Assembly (NCBI GenBank): GCA_035645145.1
Contig: DASQNC010000022.1
Coordinates: 1,146 to 65,145 of the forward strand
Length of the DNA stretch: 64,000 bases
DNA from: Azospirillaceae bacterium
GTDB taxonomy: Bacteria; Pseudomonadota; Alphaproteobacteria; Azospirillales; Azospirillaceae
Direction: 5' to 3'
Each line of letters starts with the position of its first letter. The stretch's first letter is position 1. Positions 58,174-64,000 of the stretch are shown here, one piece after another. The position numbers and the translations under genes were made by a program. Below the pieces are notes generated by a model. That model was not told the origin of the DNA, searched no databases, and was given only the letters and a program-made list of their open reading frames with translations.

Positions 58174-58285
58174 GGCGTCGCAGCCCGCGTGGGTGGGTGG
58201 ATCCACGCAGCGATAACCCATAAAGATTATCCTTCTTGCTCTATCCTTCTGTTCCGCCCGGCGCTCCCATCCACCTTCGACGGCA

Positions 58286-60172
58286 ATGCACGACCACATC
58301 CTCCATGCGGCCCATGATCCGGGACTGGTTGTCCTGTCGGTTGCGATGGCCATGTTCGCGTCCTATGCCGCGCTCGATTTGGCCGAGCGGATCCACGGGG
58401 CGCGGCGGGCAGCGGCCTGGGCCTGGACCGGTATGGCGGCCTTGGCTATGGGCGGCGGCATCTGGTCGATGCATTTCATCGCCATGCTGGCGTTCCGCCT
58501 GCCGGTGTCCGTCGCCTATGGCGGGTTCCTCACGGCCCTGTCGTTCGGGGCCGCCGTTGTCATGACCGGTGTGGCCTTGGCGGTGATCGTCCGCGGGCCG
58601 GCCCGCAGCGTCCGGCTGTTCGGGGGCGGTGCCCTGATGGGCAGCGGAGTCGGTACCATGCACTATGTCGGCATGGCGGCAATGGAGGTGCCGGCGTCCC
58701 TGCGGTACGAGCCCGGGCCCTTCGCGGCCTCATTGCTGATCGCGGTCGTGGCGGCGACTGCGGCCCTGTACATCGCCATGAACCGGCCGACCGCATGGCG
58801 CAAGGTCGGGGCGGCGGTGGTCATGGGCTTTGCCATTGCCGGAATGCATTTCACCGGCATGGCCGCCGCCGTGTTCGAGGTTCGGCCCGACAGTGTCGCT
58901 TTCCCGACCGGTGCCGTCATCGACCAGGAGGCGCTGGCCGGAGTGGTCGCGGTGACATCGGCGGCGATTCTCCTCGTCGGCCTCGTCTCGGCCTCGGTGG
59001 ACCGACGCTTCTCGGCCCTGACCGCGCGCGAGGCCGAAGCGTTGCGGCGCAGCGAGCAACGGTTTCGGGCATTGATCGAGCAGGGCTCCGACCTGATCCT
59101 GGTCATGGATGCCGATCTGGCCATCACCTATGCTGCGGCATCGGCCCGGAAGGTGATTGGCATGGGGGGCCGCGACCTGCCGGGCCGGTCGTTGCTGGAC
59201 TTGGCGATGCCCGGGGATCGGGCCGCGCTGGTGGGCAGGTTGCGGCCGCTGGTCGCGGAAATGGCCCAGGAGGCCACCGGCGAGGTCCGGATCGCGGGCG
59301 CCGACGGCACGACGCGCGACTTCGAGTACGTCGCCCGTGACCTGCGGGCGGACGAGGCCGTAGGGGGCTTGGTCCTGGCCCTGCACGACATCACCGAACG
59401 AAAGCGCGCCGCGGCCGAGATGCAGGCGGCCATGGAGGTGGCGCGCGAGGCCAATCGCGTGAAGACCGAATTCCTGGCGAGCATGAGCCATGAGTTGCGA
59501 ACCCCGCTGCACCAGATCCTGGGGTATGCCGAGATCATGATGCAGCAGGGCTACGGCCCGCTCGATGATCCGCGGTACGTGGAGGACGCGGTCGCCGTCC
59601 ACGACGGTGCCACCCGTCTGCTCGTCACCCTGAACAGCATCCTGGAGTACACCCGCATCGAGGCCCGCCAGGTGACCTTGCGGCCGGAACCAACGGATCT
59701 CGCCCGGATGCTGGAAAGCCTGGTGTCGCGGGTCCGGCCGCAGGCGGCCAAAGGCCGGGTGGAGCTTGTCCTTGAGGAGGGCGGTGCGTACGCGCTTCGC
59801 GTGGACGAGCGCAAGCTGCGCCTTGCCCTCGGACATTTGCTGGACAACGCTGTCAGGTTCACGCCCGCTGGCGGCCGTGTCGCAATTCGCGCGATGCTGG
59901 ATGACGGCATCCCATTGATCCGTGTGGTGGACACGGGCATCGGCATCGCGCCGGAGATGTTGGAAAAGGTCCGCAAACCCTTCGTCCAGTCCGATGCCAC
60001 CCTGACGCGGAAGTACGAAGGGGCCGGCCTGGGGCTCGCCATCGCCGCCGGATTGGTGGATCTGCATGGCGGCCGACTGGAGATTGAAAGCACCGTTGGC
60101 CAGGGGACGGTGGCCACGGTCCGTCTGACGACGGATGCGCTGATTCCAAAGAATGTTCCGGCCGGTGCCTGA
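58286..60172 (+). CDS. Sensor histidine kinase with N-terminal MHYT membrane domain and PAS domain
   Basis: Three MHYT-type repeats (WSMHFIAM, GTMHYVGM, AGMHFTGM) in six TMs. PAS region. H-box SHELRTPL. N, G1 (DTGIGI) and G2 (GAGLGL) boxes. Confidence 0.9.
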   Translation: MHDHILHAAHDPGLVVLSVAMAMFASYAALDLAERIHGARRAAAWAWTGMAALAMGGGIWSMHFIAMLAFRLPVSVAYGGFLTALSFGAAVVMTGVALAVIVRGPARSVRLFGGGALMGSGVGTMHYVGMAAMEVPASLRYEPGPFAASLLIAVVAATAALYIAMNRPTAWRKVGAAVVMGFAIAGMHFTGMAAAVFEVRPDSVAFPTGAVIDQEALAGVVAVTSAAILLVGLVSASVDRRFSALTAREAEALRRSEQRFRALIEQGSDLILVMDADLAITYAAASARKVIGMGGRDLPGRSLLDLAMPGDRAALVGRLRPLVAEMAQEATGEVRIAGADGTTRDFEYVARDLRADEAVGGLVLALHDITERKRAAAEMQAAMEVAREANRVKTEFLASMSHELRTPLHQILGYAEIMMQQGYGPLDDPRYVEDAVAVHDGATRLLVTLNSILEYTRIEARQVTLRPEPTDLARMLESLVSRVRPQAAKGRVELVLEEGGAYALRVDERKLRLALGHLLDNAVRFTPAGGRVAIRAMLDDGIPLIRVVDTGIGIAPEMLEKVRKPFVQSDATLTRKYEGAGLGLAIAAGLVDLHGGRLEIESTVGQGTVATVRLTTDALIPKNVPAGA

Positions 60173-60272
60173 CACGGTTGCCTGAAGACGGGGCCGAACC
60201 ATCCGCGCGCTTGCCGCCGGGTTGGCCACCGGGGAACACTCCGGAAAACGGAAACACCGGAGGAGACGCGCC

Positions 60273-61232
60273 ATGAACCTGCCCGAACCCTCGTCCGTTC
60301 GCCGCGTGGCCGTCCTGGGCGGCGGCCTGATCGGGGCCAGTTGGACCGCCTTCTTCCTGTCCCGCGGCCTGACCTGCACCGTCTACGACCCGGACTCCGC
60401 GGCGGAACCCAAGGTGCGGTCGGTGATCGAAGCCGCCTGGCCGATCCTGACGGAGCTGGGCATGGCGACCGGGGCCGATCCCGCGGCCTGGCGTCTCACC
60501 ACCGATCCCGCCGATGCGGTCCGCGGCGCCCAGTTCGTGCAGGAACAGGCGCCCGAACGGCTGGAAATCAAGCGGGACCTGTTCGCCCGCATCGACGGAC
60601 CGCTCGGCCCCGACGCCGTCGTCGCCACCAGCACGTCGGGCCTGCTGGTCAGCGACATGCAGGACGGCCTGGAACATGCCGGCCGCTACGTCGTCGGCCA
60701 TCCGTTCAACCCGCCGCACCTGATCCCGCTGGTCGAGGTCGTGGGCGGCCGGCTGACCGATCCGGCGGCGGTGGATTGGTCCGTGGCCTTCTACAGGCAC
60801 CTGGGCAAGGTGGCGGTGCGGCTGAACAAGGAGGTGCACGGCCACATCGCGAACCGCCTGCAGGCCGCCATCTGGCGCGAGGCCGTGCATCTGGTGGCCG
60901 AAGGGGTGGCGGACGTGGCGGCGGTGGATGCCGCCGTCGCCTATGGCCCCGGCCTGCGCTGGGCACTTATGGGGCCGCACCTCACCTATCACCTGGGCGG
61001 CGGCCAGGGCGGGTTGGAGTGGTTCATCGAGCATCTCGGCCCCAGTGCCGAAGGCCGCTGGAAGGACCTGGGCACGCTGCAAACCATTCCGGACGGGGCG
61101 AAGCCGGTTCTGGTCGAGGGCGTGAAGGCGGAGGCCGGCGGGGCATCCATCGACGCGCTGGCCAGGGACCGTGACCGGCTGCTGCTGGGACTCCTGAAAC
61201 TCATCGGCACGGGCAAGGGGACCCTGCCGTAG
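60273..61232 (+). CDS. 3-hydroxyacyl-CoA dehydrogenase family protein, L-carnitine dehydrogenase (LcdH)-like
   Basis: VAVLGGGLIGASW, FVQEQAPERLEIKRDLF, STSGLL, GHPFNPPHLIPLVEVVGG, ANRLQAAIWREA, GPGLRWALMGP. GGAGGAGA Shine-Dalgarno. Confidence 0.8.
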   Translation: MNLPEPSSVRRVAVLGGGLIGASWTAFFLSRGLTCTVYDPDSAAEPKVRSVIEAAWPILTELGMATGADPAAWRLTTDPADAVRGAQFVQEQAPERLEIKRDLFARIDGPLGPDAVVATSTSGLLVSDMQDGLEHAGRYVVGHPFNPPHLIPLVEVVGGRLTDPAAVDWSVAFYRHLGKVAVRLNKEVHGHIANRLQAAIWREAVHLVAEGVADVAAVDAAVAYGPGLRWALMGPHLTYHLGGGQGGLEWFIEHLGPSAEGRWKDLGTLQTIPDGAKPVLVEGVKAEAGGASIDALARDRDRLLLGLLKLIGTGKGTLP

Positions 61233-61238
61233 GAACGC

Positions 61239-61928
61239 CTATCGCCGCTCCGTCACCCCCACCTGTCGGCACCACGCCAACACGGGGCAGGTGCCGCAGT
61301 GGGGGCGCATGGCCGTGCACACGTGCTTGCCGAAGGGCACGAGCAGGGCGTTGATCTCGATCCAATAGGGGCGCGGCAGTTTGGCCTCCAGGGCCGCCAT
61401 GGTCTGTTCGGGCGTCCGGGTCGCCACATGGCCCCAGCGGTTGACGACGCGGTGCACATGCACATCGACCGAGACGGCGGGGACGCCGAAGCCGTGCCCC
61501 AAGGTCAGGGCGGCGATCTTCGGGCCGACGCCGCGGAACGCGGTCAGTCCCTCCATCGTGTCCGGCACCCGGCCGCCGTGCCGCTCCACGATCTCGGCCG
61601 ACAGCCGGCGGATGTCCCGGGCCTTGGGTTCGGGAAAGGTGGCGCGGTCGATCCGCCGCGCGATCTCGTCCTCCGGCAGCGCCGCCATCGCCTCAGGGGT
61701 GCGGGCGCGGGCGAACAGGCGCTTGGCGAGGACGACCGTGTCCTCGTCCCGCGTGCGGGCGGAGATCAGGCTCGCCACCAGCACCTCGAACGGCGAGGCG
61801 TGACCCTGCGCCTTGAGGTCGGGAATGGCCGCCGGCCGTAGCCGCGCGGCCGCCGTGCGCAGCCGCTCGAACACGGCATCCACGTCGAAGGGCCGCTTGG
61901 CCCCGGTTTGCGTCTGGACGGTGCTCAT
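61239..61928 (-). CDS. nth: Endonuclease III family DNA glycosylase (HhH-GPD, 4Fe-4S)
   Basis: FEVLVASLISARTRD, HhH motif FRGVGPKIAALTL, VDVHVHRVVNRWG, and cluster CTAMRPHC-GT-C-PVLAW-C (C-X6-C-X2-C-X5-C). Confidence 0.9.
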   Translation of the reverse strand: MSTVQTQTGAKRPFDVDAVFERLRTAAARLRPAAIPDLKAQGHASPFEVLVASLISARTRDEDTVVLAKRLFARARTPEAMAALPEDEIARRIDRATFPEPKARDIRRLSAEIVERHGGRVPDTMEGLTAFRGVGPKIAALTLGHGFGVPAVSVDVHVHRVVNRWGHVATRTPEQTMAALEAKLPRPYWIEINALLVPFGKHVCTAMRPHCGTCPVLAWCRQVGVTERR

Positions 61929-62020
61929 GTTCGGGACAACGCTTGGAAGCCTCCGGAATCACCGGTGCTTGCGGCGTTAAGCCCCCTGGCCCGGCCGCAA
62001 CCGCGCCCCATCTCTGAACC

Positions 62021-63385
62021 ATGGCAATCGACGACGAAGAGAACACGCTGGGCGGCCGGATCGCACGCTACGCCCGCGTCGGCACGGCCATGGGCGGGCT
62101 TGCGGCCCGCGTGGCCGGCGAACGGTTCCTGGGTTTGAAGGTGGAGCGCGAACTCCACGCGGCCGAACTGCGCGAGGCGCTGGGCGGCCTGAAGGGGCCG
62201 CTGATGAAGGTGGCGCAGATCCTGTCCACCATCCCCGACGCCCTGCCTAAGGAATACGTGCAGGAGCTGTCCCAGCTTCAGGCGGATGCGCCGTCCATGG
62301 GCTGGCCTTTCGTCAAGCGCCGCATGCAGGCGGAACTCGGCCCCGGATGGGAGGCGCGGTTCCGAAGCTTCGAACGGACCGCGGCCGCCGCCGCGTCGCT
62401 GGGGCAGGTGCACCGGGCGGTGTCGCTGGACGGGCGGGATCTCGCCTGCAAGCTCCAGTACCCGGACATGCAGTCGGCGGTCGAGGCCGACCTGCGCCAG
62501 CTCAAGTTCGTCTTCTCCCTCTTCGAACGCTACGACAGCGCCGTGTCCACCCGGCAGATCCACGCCGAACTCGCCGAACGCCTGCGCGAGGAATTGGACT
62601 ATGTCCGCGAGGCCCGGCACATCGGCCTGTACCGCACCATGCTGGCGGACGAGCCCGGCGTGCATGTGCCCACGGTGTTTCCCGAGCTGTCCACGAACCG
62701 CCTGCTGACCATGGAATGGTTGGAGGGCGAAAAGCTGCTGGCCTACCGCGACGCCGGTCAGGAAACGCGCAACCGGTTGGCGTTGCTGATGTTCCGGGCC
62801 TGGTACGTGCCCTTCTACTTCCATGGCATCATCCACGGCGACCCGCATCTCGGCAACTACACGGTCCGGCCGGCGGCCGGGAGCGGGGTCGAGGGCATCA
62901 ACCTCCTCGATTTCGGCTGCATCCGCGTCTTCCACCCCTCGTTCGTGAAGGGCGTCACCGATCTGTACGAGGCGCTGCGGACCGGGGACGAGGATCTGGC
63001 GGTTGAGGCGTACCGCACCTGGGGGTTCAGTGATCTGCGCCGCGAGATGATCGACGTGCTCAACATCTGGGCGCGTTTCCTGTACTCGCCGCTGCTCGAC
63101 GACCGCACCCGCACCATCGCCGGCGACGCGCCGGGCACCTATGGCCGCGAGACGGCGGAGAAGGTGCATGCGGAACTGCGTCGGGTCGGCGGGGTGGAGA
63201 TCCCGCGGGAGTTCGTGTTCATGGACCGTGCCGCGGTCGGCCTGGGGTCGGTCTTCCTGCACCTCCGGGCCGAGGTGAACTGGTACCGCGTGTTCCAGGA
63301 CCTGATCGGCGGCTTCGACGTGGACGCGCTGGCCAAGCGGCAGGCCGAGGCACTGACGGCGAACGGGCTGGACGTGCCGGCGTAG
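62021..63385 (+). CDS. ABC1/UbiB-family atypical kinase
   Basis: GPLMKVAQILSTIPDALPKEYV.ELS.LQ..AP, AAASLGQVHRA, KLQYPD, HGDPHLGN. Confidence 0.88.
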   Translation: MAIDDEENTLGGRIARYARVGTAMGGLAARVAGERFLGLKVERELHAAELREALGGLKGPLMKVAQILSTIPDALPKEYVQELSQLQADAPSMGWPFVKRRMQAELGPGWEARFRSFERTAAAAASLGQVHRAVSLDGRDLACKLQYPDMQSAVEADLRQLKFVFSLFERYDSAVSTRQIHAELAERLREELDYVREARHIGLYRTMLADEPGVHVPTVFPELSTNRLLTMEWLEGEKLLAYRDAGQETRNRLALLMFRAWYVPFYFHGIIHGDPHLGNYTVRPAAGSGVEGINLLDFGCIRVFHPSFVKGVTDLYEALRTGDEDLAVEAYRTWGFSDLRREMIDVLNIWARFLYSPLLDDRTRTIAGDAPGTYGRETAEKVHAELRRVGGVEIPREFVFMDRAAVGLGSVFLHLRAEVNWYRVFQDLIGGFDVDALAKRQAEALTANGLDVPA

Positions 63386-63457
63386 CGTGCCCGCACGCGT
63401 TGCGCACCCGCGCCCGATCCGGTGCTACGCTTCCCGAAAACAAACGGGAGGGCGCCC

Positions 63458-64000
63458 ATGACCGCGCACGTGTTCGACACCCATGATGTCCTGAACCAGC
63501 CGCCGCCCTTGGTCGACCACGACCTGTTCGCCACCGACCGGGCGCTTTCCGACGCCGTTCGTCGGGAAGGGGCCGGGTGGGCGGCCGAGGATCTGTCCGC
63601 CTTCGGCCACCTTCTGGGCCGTGCCGAGACGCTGGAACTGGGCGAGCTCGCCAATCGCAACCCGCCGGCCCTGCGGACCCACGACCGCTACGGCCACCGC
63701 CGCGACGAGGTGGAGTTCCACCCGGCCTGGCACCGGGTCATGGAAATCGGGGTGGGGCAGGGGCTGCACGCCGCGCCTTGGTCGGATCCCCAGCCGGGCG
63801 CCCACGTCGCCCGTGCCGCGGGTGTTGTGATGTTCGTGCAGATGGAGGCGGGCGCCCAGTGCCCGCTGACCATGACCTATGGCGTGGTGCCGGCCCTGCG
63901 GCACCGGCCCGACATTGCCGAAGCCTGGCTTCCCAAACTGTTCAGCCGCACCTACGACCCGCGCTTCCGTCCGGTGGCGGACAAGGCGGGCGCCCTGATG
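63458..64000 (+). CDS. AidB-like acyl-CoA dehydrogenase (5' part, runs off the window end)
   Basis: Own translation: MTAHVFDTHDVLNQPPPLVDHDLFATDRALSDAVRREGAGWAAEDL...ELGELANRNPPALRTHDRYGHRRDEVEFHPAWHRVM.... Colinear with the E. coli AidB N-terminus as recalled from memory. Confidence 0.85.
   Translation, partial: MTAHVFDTHDVLNQPPPLVDHDLFATDRALSDAVRREGAGWAAEDLSAFGHLLGRAETLELGELANRNPPALRTHDRYGHRRDEVEFHPAWHRVMEIGVGQGLHAAPWSDPQPGAHVARAAGVVMFVQMEAGAQCPLTMTYGVVPALRHRPDIAEAWLPKLFSRTYDPRFRPVADKAGALM

Overview
Very GC-rich, densely coding chromosomal segment that looks like core genome of an alphaproteobacterium. The basis for this is a Caulobacter-type short flagellin, an AatA-type aspartate aminotransferase, a metXW | chorismate mutase-hisC-tyrC arrangement, a GAAC-N7-GAAC SOS-box motif and GGAAC-N16-GTT stress-promoter motifs. 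I support about 65 CDS. I found no rRNA, tRNA, CRISPR array, IS element, integrase or prophage remnant.

Modules, in order:
- htrA protease
- HxlR-linked quinone-reductase/SDR/SDR operon
- ygeA-like racemase plus aatA
- uvrB
- msrB
- a lone flagellin gene
- LysR-linked GST/PNPOx operon
- metX-metW followed by an orphan vsr
- chorismate mutase-hisC-tyrC
- zinc-ribbon | ftsEX-ydcF
- apt-mtnN
- CoA-transferase/SDR/enone-reductase operon
- a lone fliN
- surE and an acyl-CoA synthetase
- a complete pstSCAB-phoU-phoB locus with a recognisable Pho box
- a long beta-oxidation cluster: LivKHMGF-type ABC importer, FadJ/PimF-like enzyme, PimC/PimD-like heteromeric acyl-CoA dehydrogenase and a 597-aa ACAD
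- an MHYT-domain histidine kinase
- an LcdH-like dehydrogenase, nth, a UbiB/ABC1 kinase and the 5' part of an aidB-like gene

I do not see a convincing multi-gene novel system such as a defence island. The leads most worth a second look are:
1. An orphan vsr endonuclease co-oriented with metXW, whose 3' end overlaps a Cys-depleted VKOR-like membrane gene, with no DNA cytosine methyltransferase in 64 kb.
2. A membrane-anchored, apparently catalytically degenerate NERD-like protein directly upstream of uvrB, which carries an SOS-box-like motif.
3. Two (possibly three) EcfG-type general-stress promoter motifs in front of small uncharacterised proteins.
4. A structured, repeat-bearing leader between hxlR and its divergent oxidoreductase operon.
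5. Isolated flagellin and fliN genes embedded among metabolic genes.

The many very long ORFs antisense to real genes are GC-content artefacts. All function calls come from motif and sequence recognition by eye. No database search was run.
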